Shown one piece after another: positions 47,701 to 60,960 of a stretch of DNA of 64,000 nucleotides (position 1 is its first letter; each line of letters begins with the position of its first letter). The notes under the pieces were generated by a model. It was given only the letters and a program-made list of their open reading frames with translations. It did not search any database and was not told where the DNA came from. The stretch spans positions 10,974,001-11,038,000 of the forward strand of contig OZ004607.1 in assembly GCA_963924565.1 (NCBI GenBank). Reading direction: 5' to 3'. The DNA comes from Ascidiella aspersa (lineage: Eukaryota). Both the position numbers and the translations under genes were made by a program.

Positions 47701-50700
47701 TTATCTTTTTAATCCCGACCTTTATAGTGTGTGGTTGAAAAGTCAACCAATGAAATTGTTTATAAGATAATTGCGACAATAGTATTTTTTGCTAGGTGTT
47801 GCTGGACCACGCTTATATTCTGCCCATTTTAAAACTGTGCGGCAAATATTTACGAATGTCTGAATTTGCGCCAAAATATGGTAGCGATGAATTAATAACA
47901 GTTACCTTGCGTTTCACATTTAAAAAAACAAATCAAAAATTATATAAATTAACAGTACGTATAAATCAACAGTCAGGAATTTTTGTGACAGAGTGTGGTT
48001 TGCCCAAAACGAGATTCAAAGCGGCCAACATGAAACATCACAGCGAACATCTGCAGCCAAAATGTAGAGCCCGCCTTTAATTGGCGCTGCTTACAATATT
48101 TATAACAAAGTTAAAGTATGGTGAATCATATCCAAAGACCAACACTTACCACGGTTAAGGTCGCCGTTTTAACGTTGTACGCACCCGGGTTCGCTTTAAT
48201 TAAGGCGAATAGTGGCGCTGGCATTTGAACACCGGCAATCTTTGTCTCAAAATACCTCGGAAACTTTTTCGCACTGCGGTCACGTTCATTCCCGACACTT
48301 TTTCGAAAGTACCTTCTCTGCAAACTCTAATAAATCGCTTTCCATTGAAATTACCTATTTCCAACAGAACTACCTCCGAAGCAATTACACCAGGGTGCAG
48401 CGTCTAATCGCTTTCCCGTCAAGTAGAATTACACCTAAATGCCACTTACATATTTTTCCTATTTATTTTTTTCTATCTTTGGCGTTGCGAAACCTGTAAT
48501 TGCAGATAAACATTGAAGAGTTGATACACCACCATTTACGCGGTTAGGACAAAAAACAGCTTTTTATTGTGGCGCATAAAACTGAAATCGCACTTGCTTT
48601 GAGAGCTAGCTAAAGCACCAAGTTCCAACCTCTACATAGTCTACATTACTTGTACATTTATATATAAAAAAAAAAGAATAATTTTCCCAACACAACTGAC
48701 AGACGCAATGCCTAACGTTTTGTGCGTAAAACTGTACAACTACCAAACCTAACTTATCACGTTGTCAAATGCTAAGGAAAAGGCGAGTGCTTGGCAAACG
48801 CGTCCTTGTGGTAGATCAAACATGTCGCACGTACATTCCGTTGAATTTAATTTATTCGCTGTCGCCGTCGCTGGACCGCTCGCCCTTCGTCCGACTCTGG
48901 CGCAATAGAAGCTGCTAATCATATAGACTTTCACTTGACAGGCGGCGAAAGACCCTGTTGAGAAACCGTTTGTTGAATGAACCTCTGTTTATAGTCCCCG
49001 GGTTTTCACTTAGTGTGGTCATCTGAAAACATGAACTGATTGTGGGCTGATTTGATTACGCAATATGTCTAACTATACCGACGCCACCATTATAACGCTA
49101 TTTGGTTTTAAATCCGTATCCATACGACATTCAAGAAAAAGCGCGTGCATACCAAACAGGAAACATGTTCCAATCGTTTTTCACAAAGCAAAAATAAATC
49201 TTTTTCGCTCTGCCTCGTATCCATACGACATTCAAGAAAAAGCGCGTGCATACCAAACAGGAAACATGTTCCAATCGGTTTTCACAAAGCAAAAATAAAT
49301 CTTTTTCGCTCTGCCTCTTAATCCGTAATAGTACAAAAGTGTTTTCATACGCAAAACAACCCACGAACGCAATACGTATATTATTTAGAAAAATGTTGAC
49401 GCCATCCAAGAAACAAGGTATTGTTTTACGCCATCCAAGAAACAAGGTATTGTTTACTCTGGTAGCGCAATATATGTCTTGCTGTCAAAATCGCATGCTC
49501 ACGAAACTGATAACGTCATGACTGAAGCATTTTTCAGCGGAATGCGTTATACGTCACACATTGACCTAGAAAAAAATCGACTTTCTTGATAAACAGATTA
49601 CCTTTTAGAAAAATTCCAAGCTTCTAAGGATATACAAACAAGGATAACTAAAATTGCTATACACCTAATTGTTAGAATCTTGGAGTCTTTTTTAACCTGA
49701 AGTGATGTTATATACCACCAGTAATTTTAAAAACTAGGCCCGGATAAGAGCAAAACGTCCAGGATTTTCGTTTCTTTATTATCCGCCGAATCGCATTAAC
49801 GGCGGCAAACTGCGATTTTGACGCTATTGCCGTCGTAAGCCGCCTTAAGCACGCTAATGTGCGGTGCAAACAGCATAACCGTTCAATGGGAAAGTTGTAA
49901 TCCCGAAATTGTGGCAGATTTGGGGTTCGTTATAGCACTGTACGACATGTGCGCTGCTGCTTTGCGTTTTAATTGAAATTTGCAGCTGTTTCTAAGATTA
50001 ACAAAAAAAGATTGATAAATCATCGATTGCGATATTGCTTATTGAAAACGTGATTGGTGGATGATGAAGTGAAGATATTGATTTACGACTGGTTGTATGC
50101 GTTACCTTTAAATCATTTCATTTGGTCAAACTACTTTATTATAAAAGCGCATTAGTAGCATGTTTCCACCTGTTGCTATATAGCGTTTTTTGATGTAAAA
50201 TGGCCTCTGCGGTAGGCGATTTACCGCAGGGATAACAGCATTAATAAAGCGGATAAAATAAGATTTAATGATTCGATTAACAATATCCATTTACCAATGG
50301 CTAATGTGAGATCGTTTAGGCTTCAAAAACGAACTCACGTCCTTATTAATAAAAAAAAAATGTACAAAATAACTTTACAAGATCAGAACTAATCAAAAAA
50401 TGTCGCTTGTTTTCTTGTAACATACCGCGGCAGATGACGTATTTAGTTTGCATGATTCGAGGCGAAGAAACGAATTTCTGCAGAATTAAGTTGTCTGCGC
50501 CTGCCCCTGGTTTAGTGCCTCGCCGAAATCGTTTTTCAGAAGCAAATTTCCGGAGAATATTGCAACAGCGCATCTCCCCTTTCTCCTCAGTGTGTGCGTA
50601 TTATGACCGCAGGGGGCAGCGACATAACCTAACTTTCGATTAAATCTTTCAGGTTTGCCGCTTCATTGTCCGCCGATCGATATTTTGCGGCCGTAAACTT

Positions 50701-53700
50701 GACTGGCAGCGGTTTGAAAATCGAATATGGGGACGATTTAAATTATGTTTGTTCAGGAAACTGGGCTCGCTCAGAGGTGGAATAACAACTTTTTGGATTT
50801 GTTTTTGAAAAGCAAGTATTCAACAGCTTTCGCATTGCTTGCTCCCAAAGCTTTTAAACGGATTCCATGTTTTTTAAATCGTCTTATCAAAGTCTAGAGT
50901 AGTGGTTCTTTTCTTTTTTCTACCACCCCCACCTTTGGTAATTGCCTTGTGACTGCGCCCCAGATATTAAATAATTATTATATTAAAAGCGGCATTTTTC
51001 GAAAACGTATCAGTGAGGAAACATGAAAATACAGAAGGTGACTCTTGATCGCGCGATGCTCGTACTTGATATTTTGTATTTTATCAAGCAGATAAAAACA
51101 AACATGTTGTTAGGGCATTGACTCCAGAGTTGTAAGACTGCACAGTAACCACGTAAAAATGTCGCCCGGTGCGCTTAACATTGCATAAATCGTGTTTCAA
51201 AAGGTGTGGTGACACACAATGCAATGGCTAAACTCAAAATAACAAATAGGCTCGTTCCCCACCAATTGTGATATATGACTGACAGGTTTGCACAAAGCTC
51301 CAAAAAATTAAGTTGGAAAAAACAAATTGTCGAGAGGGTGTCATCTTGCCTATTTCCTTTGTACAACTCAAACCTCCATCAACCTTATCATACTGTTCTG
51401 ACCAAACATAGCCCAAATCGGCTATAATGAGTAGCAATTTAATCCAAAAAACAATAAACTATGAACCCAAAAGTTGCAAATCGCACAATCATGAGCCATT
51501 TTTCTTCAGTTACACATGTGCAAATTTCATGTAAAGTATAGGATCGCATACAGGCAAAATTAACAACAAACGCAACATGAAACTAATAACATCCTTATAA
51601 AAGGTTACATATTGGAGTAGAGCTCGCGTCTAGAGGCACAACAATGTGGAGTTTTTACGTGGACAGTAAACTCCTGACATTGATCCTTTTTGATAAGAAA
51701 CCTATATACTTTTATCATTTAGCGATATTTACCCAAACCAATTGATATTAGTGAAATGTTTCTGCCTAAATCGAGGCATTGGCGTATAAAGACCTAAAAA
51801 AATTTATGTTTTTGCGTTATTTGCATTATATTCTGATTCAAAATATAAGAAATTGATTGTTTTTTGTTATTTTAAAATTTGGTAAAAAGGATCGATGTTT
51901 TAGGTTTTGTGATAAGTTGCAGGGTGCACATTCCACAGCCCGTTACATTATTAGATATTTTTTAAATTATAGCATATTTTGAAACACTGTTCCAATATAT
52001 TTTAAACTCTGTTGTCTGGTCTACATGAATCGGTAAAAAGATCTTTTAAGGTCGCTTGCAAAAACAACTATTTTACTCCGTGTATGTTGTTTGGGCCACG
52101 ATCAACTATGCAAACGTCCATTAGCAGTGTTGTAAACAAGTCATTTTGAAATTACTTAATTCCAAGTAAAGTCATTTTGAATAAATACCAAGTCAAGTCC
52201 CAGTCAAGTCATAATTAGAGCAAGACGATTTCAAACAGGATAAATAACCCAATTTTATAATAATTAAAAAAAAACACTTCATTTCAACCCAAGTCATTTG
52301 TCCTAAAGACCTAAGTCAAGTCATTTAAAAGCATTGACTTAGTTGCACTTAAGTCAAGTCGTTCACTTTTAAAAGGTGTGTCCACTCCTATAAACGTGGG
52401 ATCCCCTCTTATATCCGCCATGCCCTCGCAAGAAATTTCCTCGGCTAAGAGCCGCGGTAAACTCTTCCCTCAACCTGCTTCGACGCGCACGTCGGATTTT
52501 GTTTCCGGCTCGGGTTAATTCGACCAGCACCTCGCTAATTCGTTATGGCGCTTGATCACAGGCTATACTTTTCAGCTTCACCTCTTGCCATCGTCGAAGA
52601 CCGCTGACGCACGTGCACACAACGGCGTTTCGTTTCTCCGTCGCGCTCCGGTGCACACGTTACGTCACGTCGCCTGTTTTTCGGTCCGGGGCCGCGGCGA
52701 TCCGATTTGGCGATTAATCGCTGACGGCGATTCGATACCACAGACACGGTTTCTTTTTCACCGCGAGACAGGGACACGGCGCATTACGTCACTAATGGAT
52801 GCGGTAACGCCGGAAAGATTTTATTTTCCATCGCGGGCTGAGAACATATTTACATTTTACAGCCGTTTCGATTTTTACCCTTGCGACTTTGAACATTTCG
52901 AATTGGATCTGCTTTGCATAAGTTCTTACAAAAAACACACTTCCAACGCACTGTGTTATGTTTTTAAAATGCATTTTTGCTGCTGAAACATCGGGTTCTT
53001 GACCACAACAGTTAGTGAACCGGCTGGAATGTTGTTTGCACATTGCTATGTTGAAAATGAATAAGAGTTATTCGAAACGTTCAAAATGATACCTACTTCT
53101 GTATGGGCTTTGATATTCTTATTACGTCTTACTACAACCTTCAACCATTATGCTCCAAAGTTTGTTGTTTGTTTCGAATATCTGTGGACACAACGTAACG
53201 CCTTACCGGTTGATGTAATCTCGCGCTGGTGTCAATCATCTTCAAGTAAAGAGAATTTAATGTACAGTGAAGTAATCCAAACAGTTTGCGCGTGCTGCTC
53301 CAAAAATGCTAATTTTTTAACAGATATTTGTTCTTATGTCTGTAGCGCTCTGATATCAGTTCTCTTCATGACCGAATTTTATAAGAATACTGCTTACTTG
53401 GCGAACAATACGCTTTCTGACTTAACAAACTTTTCGCCGTTTTGTTTAAAAAACAAATTCATTCAAAAATTATAATAAAATGTGACTCGAGATTGAATAC
53501 GCATAATAACAATAGACGTTTTATGGTGCGAGCTGCCACTAAAAATAAGATGCAATACAGACCTCAATTAAAATATTTGTGCTATATACAAACGTTTACA
53601 ATATTGCTAATGTATAGATATACTTTATTTTTTTTCCGATTTTTGTAAGTTTGCTTAATGTGTTGCTTTTTGTACCTCAAGCCTACAAATATCAGTACCA

Positions 53701-56700
53701 TTAGATTAGATTATTATCGGTATGATGGGATTAAATTACCAAACTTTAATTCTGAGGATGGCCAATACATTATATACCTGTTTAAATGGCGAGGCGCCTT
53801 GAGATACAAGATGCCTATAGCACGAGAAATTAATCCGAGTAATTGAACATAACAATAACTGACGAACATCGTGAATTAACAAATCGAGCATAACCCTACT
53901 TAAGGTCATTCCACCGCGTGTTTTTTATGTTTCATGGCGGAATGATTTCGCATAGGTTTTCCTGATTTTCTATCAAGGTGCCCCAACCGAGAATCCACAT
54001 ATAGGCCTGCTGCGCAGTGGCAACGCAATGATCAATAGGTCCCTAGCAGCGCAGCTGATAAGCCCGTCATTTTAATCAATTTTCCACTTGTCCATCGGCC
54101 CTATTTGGCTGAAGGTCTGCTGCAGCATTGTAAAAGCCTTTTAAATCGGAAAGCGGATCATGAAAAGACACAATCCCTAACTTTAAACAATCGGACATGT
54201 TGTTGCAATGTTTTTTGTTGCTCATTAAAGTTTTTATTCAGTTTTTACGCCTTTGTTGGAGCGTATGCTTAGAGTCTTTGACAATCACATGATGAAACTC
54301 TGAAAGGCTCGTCAAATTAAAGCGCACTTAAGCTGCTAGTATTGCTTATTTTTTAACCAAAAAGAGTGCTTTTATGGTTAGGTCAAAATGGAATATAAAT
54401 GGGGGTGGTTTGAAATGGATGGGATAAAAGGAATTATTTTCTTGTGAAAGTTTGTTTATTATACTTGATACCTTGTTTGTACACTCACATGCTAATGTAG
54501 GCGTAAATAATGCAGGTGGTATATAAAAATACTCGTTATGGATATCTCCAAATTATTTTTGCGATGATCGACCTGGTCTGTAATTGATTTTCGGTTGAAA
54601 ATTGACCGCAGGTGTGCCATTTAGATTTGCTTTACATCAAAATAATTTGACTTTAGGAAAGATTAGAATAAATTACCGATTCGTGTAAGGGTTCAATACG
54701 CTTAACCCCCCAGCACGGTCAATAGCTTGCCATCGCCCTTCGTCTATCAATACCACGATCGGACTTTTAAATGCATATTGATTAGCAGTTTGCTGTATAT
54801 GATCGACTGAGTCGGGCAGAAAAGCGACTTTTTCCGTGTTGTTCTTCCGACAGACTGCCAGGCGCTCTACAACATGGGATTTCGCACTTCAGGCGTTTAC
54901 TTGATCCGACCCTGGCAATCCCAGAGCTCCTTCAACGTCTACTGCGAGCAGTCGTACTACCAGGGCGGCTGGACCGTGATACAGCGGCGGAGAGACGGCA
55001 GTGAGAACTTTGATCGCGACTGGGACGAATACGGACAAGGTCGCCGCTCTTTCTCAATTGTTTTTAACAAGGATTCGTAAACTTTTTAGTTGATTTCGAC
55101 CCTACTACAGAATGCTGCTTTTCGTTCGCCCAAATGTAAAAAGGGTATAGCCGTACTATCCCCAATAGACATAACAATGTTTTGTGATGTTCATGCATTG
55201 AACACGGTCTACTCTACTTAAGCTGTTTTGTGCGATTAAAAAGCCTCCGCTATATCTACAGTTCGAACGATGCAAAAATCTACGAAATCAATAAACGTTC
55301 CTATCCGATCCATTTAAATTTTAATTAATCGACAAAGTTTAATTAAAAAATTTGAAAACAGAGAAAAACGAATTAAAAATAAATTATTGACTTGTCATTC
55401 ACGCCTATCTGTTTGTTTAGCCATTCTAAAAATGTTTGTTTAGCCATTATAAAAAAGCGCGTCCGATTGGCTGGTCGCTTTTCTGAAAACTATATGTTTT
55501 GCTGTTATGTTTTCCATTGCAATACCCAAACAATACAAATCTTTAAACTTGACAACAGCCCACTTTCGATGATTTTTAATTGGATAATTTCTTCTTGTGT
55601 TCAAAAATAATTTGCGGTTCTTGCTTTTAACATCATTTGGTCTTTAAGGTTTCGGCGACCTGGACTCGGAGTTCTGGCTGGGAAACGAGAACATCCACCA
55701 TCTGACCAACCAGAACTCGTACCTCCTACACATCGTGCTGGCCGACTTCAACGGAAGTAGAACTTACGCAGAGTACGAGGGATTCCGACTGAGCAGCTCG
55801 CGCGATTACTACAGTTTAAGGTGTAACTCCTAAACTAATGCTCATCCGTGTTCTTATGACTAAGTCGTTGACTTTTAGGTGCAGTTAAGTGTTTATTAAA
55901 TGACTTGACTTGACTCAAGTCGTTAGGGTCAAAATACTTGACTTATAGTCTTTTCGGGCAAACTGGACTTTTTTTAGCTTAAAGTGTTTTAAAATTAGTT
56001 TCGTAAAATAAGGTTGTTTGTTTACCAAATCTCGGCTTGTAAAAAAGCTTTCTGCTAAACGTTACATTTTTGTTGTTTAGTATCAAAATATCGCTCAGGA
56101 TCGGACGTGTTTACCAATGTTATAACATTTAATATTTTATTTTTGATGCAAATTATATGTCTTGATTTTGGTACGACTATATGACTGGGATTTGCTATTT
56201 GTTCGTCATTTTTAAATGAGTGCACCGTTAACTACCTACGGGTTTTGTAATAGATTTACAATACACTCATCAAATCGCTTCAGCAACGGTTGTTAACATA
56301 TCAGTTGCGTAGATCGTCCGGCTGTGCCAGGGGTATAAACTGTTGATTGGCAGCTTGATGTGATTTTACATGACTACGTTGACGGGCCAATGCAAGGCCA
56401 AATTAAATCTCTTGATTTAACTAATTGGCTTCCCAATGCAAGTTATCTCAATTTAGTTGCAACGTCACAACTGTTGAACGCGTCGATTAAATAGTTGCCT
56501 GATTTTCAAAAATCGTGGTGATTTTCTGTGAGTTAGTAATTCAAAGGTCTTTGGTCAGGAGTGTATAAACATTTTCTTGATTCATAAATGTTAAAAGTCG
56601 ATATATTAAATTTAATTGTTAAGAAAATAAGGTTATTGCCTTTTTCGTTTACGTTATAACTGCATTTTTTTAAAGTCTTATCCTATGCTAAATAACTAAA

Positions 56701-57987
56701 AAACGTAATTAAAACTCATCGAAATGCGCCTTAGATTAACATTTTTTTCAGACAGAAAAAAGCAATACATTTTTTGCGACGAGGGAAACGACCAGCCAAA
56801 AGTACTCCAATAGGTGCCTGTGTATTTGTAATGATATATGCTGGTCAAATCTCACCTGCACGGAATAGCGAAAACCAACTATTTTGTTTTATTGGAAGCT
56901 GCATTGATGTTTTTAATGCAATGTTTTTTCGTGGTATTTGACAAAAGTCATTTTAAGCTTACAGGACAGAACAGTATGTGACTAAACCATTTGCTGGAGG
57001 CTCAATTTAAAATGTATAGCGTGTCGACAATGTAAATCATTATTATTGTGCTGTTTAACTCTAACAACGCAAGTCGAAAATGGACTATTTCTGATCCACA
57101 CATATTTTAAAGAAACTTACTAAGCAATAGTTCTGCCCCAGGTTCGGCGCTTACTACGGCACAGCGGGCGACGCGCTTCGAGGAACGGCCGAGGACGGAT
57201 CCAGGAACTTGTACCTCGCCAGATTTAGCACCAGGGACCTGGACAACGACCAGTGCAGCCCCTGTCAAGAAAATGGACGAGGTTTGTATTCATCCGCAGT
57301 CGAGGTTACTAACTTATCAGAGATCGGTCATGTTTTGTTTGTTGCGCAAAGGCGATTCATATTGCAACAATCCTTCGTCCCATGATTTTTTAAATAATTT
57401 TTCAGGGCTTTTCTGACTAAAAATGCATGTCAAGCAATTCGAGAGAGCAGTTTTCGTCAAGTATTCATGTCATGTAATTTCAGAGTAAATAGTGTATCTA
57501 TAACAAACTCGCCTATCGAGTATCTGACAGATGGTTTGAAGGACCAAAAATGTCTGTTGAAAATAGACTACTTTTATAACACTAACAGAAAATTAGAAGT
57601 TAGTGTTTAGATGAAATAGTTATGAAAAACATTTTTGCGGTACCACAAAGTTTAGGCGGCCACCACAGGCAAAAATAAAATCCTGTATGACAGTACAGCA
57701 TTTTTGTTTCGTACCAATTAATGCATTTCTGTTACCCTTGCGTTCAGATAATCTTTCTTCGTGCAGGGTTTACAAGTTGCGCACAGTTGCAGCGCGGTGG
57801 CTGGTGGTACCGCGCATGCGCAGACGCTAACCTCAACGGTCGCTACGTGGAAGAGGACGCTCTTCAGCGGTGCGGCGGTGAGCTGTGTCGCGGCCTCCAA
57901 TGGCGCACTTGGCAAGATGATGTCGACTTTTCGCTCAGGGCGTCACAGATGATGGTAAAGCCGTTAGGCGCCGAACATGGCAACTGA
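26770..57987 (+). CDS. Secreted fibrinogen/angiopoietin-like protein (signal peptide, CPxxC, coiled coil, C-terminal FReD), 537 aa. Exons 26770-26847, 27622-27700, 28731-28903, 29543-29710, 30225-30323, 33084-33381, 54854-55039, 55649-55820, 57142-57281, 57767-57987
   Basis: Signal peptide MNLVPGLLLIVCVICQSVVTA, then heptad-rich exons. FReD motifs DC..Y..G...SGVY.I.P, VYC, GGWTVIQRR.DGS.NF.R.W..Y..GFG....EFWLGNE.IH.LT, GTAGDAL, FST.D.DND, GGWWY..C..ANLNG.Y. The phase-1 junction 33381/54854 gives PVDC. Total CDS is 1614 nt, in frame. Confidence 0.85.
28091..28237. repeat. Near-perfect inverted repeat (69-bp arms, 9-nt spacer)
   Basis: Arms 28091-28159 and 28169-28237 are reverse complements with 2 mismatches. 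Confidence 0.92.
28341..28520 (+). mobile_element. tRNA-derived SINE-like repeat, copy 2 (tRNA-like head 28341-28416)
   Basis: AGCCTGCA...TGCAGGCT acceptor-like stem, A box TAGCTCAGTTGGTAGAGC and B box GAGTTCGAACC. The anticodon arm is non-canonical and the tail is homologous to the copy at 1-175. Confidence 0.8.
35532..40619 (-). CDS. Orphan rhodopsin-like (class A) GPCR, 709 aa, nested in the long intron of the fibrinogen-domain gene. Exons 40619-39982, 37595-37395, 36822-35532
   Basis: Seven hydrophobic segments: TM1 N (LNGAV), TM2 SMALADLLVG, TM3 SMYTLAAASADRF, TM4 W, TM5 P, TM7 NSLWNCLIY, then helix 8 FRR. The spliced CDS is 2130 nt, in frame. Confidence 0.9.
37790..38107. mobile_element. 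hAT (Buster-like) MITE
   Basis: TIR CAGTAATTCTCAAC/GTTGAGAACCATTG; TSD AGTTATAT/AGTTACAT; GGCACCC subterminal motifs. Confidence 0.8.
39581..39891. mobile_element. hAT (Buster-like) MITE
   Basis: Ends CAGTG...TCACTG with a perfect TSD CCCTAAGC. Confidence 0.82.
41595..41651. repeat. Two-copy 30-bp tandem duplication
   Basis: GAACGCAC..TTCCCACGC.TTTGACA repeated. Confidence 0.7.
43476..43787. mobile_element. hAT (Buster-like) MITE
   Basis: TIR CAGTGGTTCCCAAACT/AGTTTGGGAATCACTG, perfect TSD TTCTAAAG, GGCACAC motifs. Confidence 0.9.
45185..45265 (-). promoter_or_regulatory. Candidate core promoter (GC box, CCAAT, TATA), plausibly of the nested GPCR
   Basis: The minus strand reads GGGCGG...CCAAT...TATAAAAA (TATA starts at 45226) in canonical order. 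Candidate 5'UTR donors lie at ~44224 and ~41673, and an acceptor at 40731. Confidence 0.45.
49115..49316. repeat. Recent 101-bp tandem duplication
   Basis: 49115-49215 and 49216-49316 differ at one position. Confidence 0.92.
49399..49455. repeat. 29-bp tandem duplication
   Basis: ACGCCATCCAAGAAACAAGGTATTGTTT twice. Confidence 0.88.
52125..52365. mobile_element. MITE-like repeat with CAAGTC subterminal motifs
   Basis: Starts CAGTGTTGTAAACAAGTC and is homologous to 15143-15320. Confidence 0.6.
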
Positions 57988-58162
57988 ACGGCCGTGATAT
58001 TGCTATTGGGGTGACTTTAGAACTAATTGAGCATCCCTTGGCCATATCATTGAGCGGCGCGACGCTTTCAGGCCTGCTTAGCAGAACAACCCGAGAAAGT
58101 TGCCTTCAATTTTGCTTGATTTTGTAATTTCGCAGTGTGTGCGTATGTGTGTTGACCCTTTC

Positions 58163-58168
58163 AATAAA
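58163..58168 (+). terminator. Polyadenylation signal of the fibrinogen-domain gene
   Basis: AATAAA ~175 nt after the stop codon. Confidence 0.6.
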
Positions 58169-58674
58169 AGTTGACCTTTCGTGCATACGTGAGCTTAAAC
58201 TCCGGGCGTCTTTTACAAATACTCTTTAAATTTTACGGCAGGTGAATAGAACTAGATGTTGTGTAAACCAAGAATAAACCAAATGTTGTATTTAGTAGGT
58301 GTCTTTTAATTCCAACCAAGACATGCGTCGTAGAGGGGACCCCACACAAGGTATGCCTGGTAAAGAAGATCCTATACGTAATTATTTTTTCGTTTTGGTT
58401 CACAACTGAGACAACAAAGAATTTATAAGCTATGCAAGTTTTCCTTCAAAAAAGTTAACGTTATTTCGCATTCAACATACATTGTGCTTTGTCCATGCAA
58501 CGCAGGTAATTTAAACCAGTGCTTGTAAACCTTTTTTGGAACAGTAGCCTGCACACTTTTGTATTTACTGAAGGACTTGTACACCCCAGTACACGCAATG
58601 CATTTATCGTATAGAAGCATACTCCCAGTTGTGTTGCAAAAAGAATTATTATTGTTATGAGGAACTAGTTAGAA

Positions 58675-59868
58675 CAGGGATGGCGAACCATTTTATCGCG
58701 TGGGTAACAAACCCAACTTTAATCCTTACAAAATGCACAAATGGGTCATACATTTAATTATTAGCTAATTTTATGCGAAACTCTGCTGAGTTGTTTTAAG
58801 TGTTATTTTCTAGGTCAGGGGTTCCCAACCGGGGGTAGCCCTTCGGGGTACGAGTTTGAACATCATGGGGTACACAGATCCCTGGGACAAAAAGCAGCTT
58901 TTCAAACAGACTTCACTGTACAGTTTTATTTTGGAATTGTAAATGACATTTCGCCATTACGGTCTTTGCTTTGAAAAAAAACAAACAATTATCTACAAAT
59001 ATTGGTTGTTATTTAGTAAGAAACTTCATGTCTTGTAACAATGCTTTTTTACCTGCAGATGATTTACGTGTTGCCTTATATAATCGAACCATCGTTTGAG
59101 CGCATTTTATCAATGAACCAACAACAAATATCTCACCGAGGAGTGACAAACAAAATAAATGACATTTAATTTCTTTCCAATTTTTGCATTTTTTAATGAA
59201 ATACCGGTTTAATCTTTAATTATAAGCTATAAAAGCCATGTGGTTTAGCGATATATATCTCAAAAATTTTATCAGATTTTTGTTTGGGGGTACAAAGAAT
59301 GCTCTGACCTGACAAAGGGGTACGAGCACAAAAAGGTTGGCAATCCCTGGTCTAGGTTGGTAATTCAAGGTTTTTTGATGATTTCCAAATTCGGATTCCC
59401 ACAAATATGAAGAAGCTAAATAACAAAAATATTAAAAAGCTAGCTAAATGGTTAACAAAGGCTGCATACAGGAGTTCAGCAAAAATCTTTTCAACAAGGT
59501 TTATTGGTTTAACCAGGGTTTTAAGAACTTTTATATCGCGAACTCTTGTTTCCCTTAAAGGATCATCACCCGATACGTTTTACAGCGATAAACAAAATGC
59601 GTTTAGCCGTCTGCTTTTCTGCACCGATTTGTTAAAGTGCAGTTAATGTAGACCAACTCGTCACCCCTTAAACACTTTGCACGATCCACAGATTTACCAG
59701 CCCTGATTTAAACAGTATAGTGTTATCTAACGATGAACTGTTTTTTTCATATTTGTTGTTTCATGAAAATGATTGATAACATTTCGGTATTCCTTGAGAG
59801 ACAAGTGGGTCATTAAAAACCTGTGGTGGGTCACACGTAACCCCCGGGACAGTGGTTCGCCATCCTTG
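58675..59868. mobile_element. hAT MITE (outer element of a nest)
   Basis: TIR CAGGGATGGCGAACCA/TGGTTCGCCATCCTTG; TSD AGTTAGAA/AGGTAGAC (6/8). Confidence 0.75.
58816..59349. mobile_element. hAT MITE inserted inside the 58675-59868 element
   Basis: TIR CAGGGGTTCCCAACC/GGTTGGCAATCCCTG; TSD TTCTAGGT/GTCTAGGT; GGGGTAC motifs. Confidence 0.82.
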
Positions 59869-60960
59869 AGGTAGACCCCACAATAACGATTATCAAGAGA
59901 AATATTTGGTTATGATGTCAAACATAGAATATATATTTGGTATCTTATAAGCTTCGTACGTACAACAAATACGTGTTTTGCCATGTATTGTACACACCAG
60001 TCAGTATGGTAATAAACCCGTTTATTTATTATGATACGTGATCATAGTCTTAATGTATTGAGATATGTCGTTCACCACATCAATGTCGTACACCCTTTAA
60101 CAATTGTGGTACACCCTGGTGGCGTGAAAATTTTAAAGATGACGTACAAAGCGTGACGTCACGAAACACATATTTACAATTAATAAACTTACATGTGCAA
60201 CTGTAATCGAGTTATATATATTCAAACATATGGCAACTAAGCGGTCGCGTGAAAAAATATCCAAATATTTGGGTTAAATTGACAAAATATCTAATTTAAA
60301 AAAACAAAGGATGCGTGATTTCTTTAGCGCACAATCAAGAATCACGAACTATTCGCTCATTTGCATTTAATAAAATTATTTTGTCAATTTGTGAGAGCCA
60401 TTATTGACCCCACAGCTGTATCTGCACAGAAATCGTGTAAAAACTGCAATTGTGTTAAAAATTTACGTCCATAAAAATGCATTTCGGTTTCATAATCCCG
60501 AATTATTGTTAAACACTCCACTGCTGTGTTCGGCACTTCTAAACTCATTTTTTCTTTAAGCTTGATTTTTCTAAATAGACATTTAATTCTACGCGAGATA
60601 ACAAAAACATACACAGCATGGATGATAAAAACCGATCAGACAAAGTAATTTATTACGTCACAATCGTCAATGCGGATATGATTTGTTAACTTGCTTTTAA
60701 CTACAAACATCAACGAAAAAACGGCCAATGCGAAATGCTCACACTGTTGTGGCAAAAAAGTGAAGATATTTTAGTTTTAATTTGAGAACGATGTAGGTGC
60801 GCAAAAGCAAATTTTACTGCGCAAATTGTTTGATTTTGCTGCGCAATTGCGCAGTTGCGCACCTTAGAGGGAACACTGGTCAGGTTTACAGTAAATATTC
60901 GCCATTCGCGTTAATGTTAGGCATTATGGCCTACATAAATATTTTTGTATTTATTAAATA

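Noticed and set aside
41000-54800. Numerous 60-145 aa ORFs in the large intron
   Set aside because: No recognisable domains, many non-ATG starts and no consistent exon chain.
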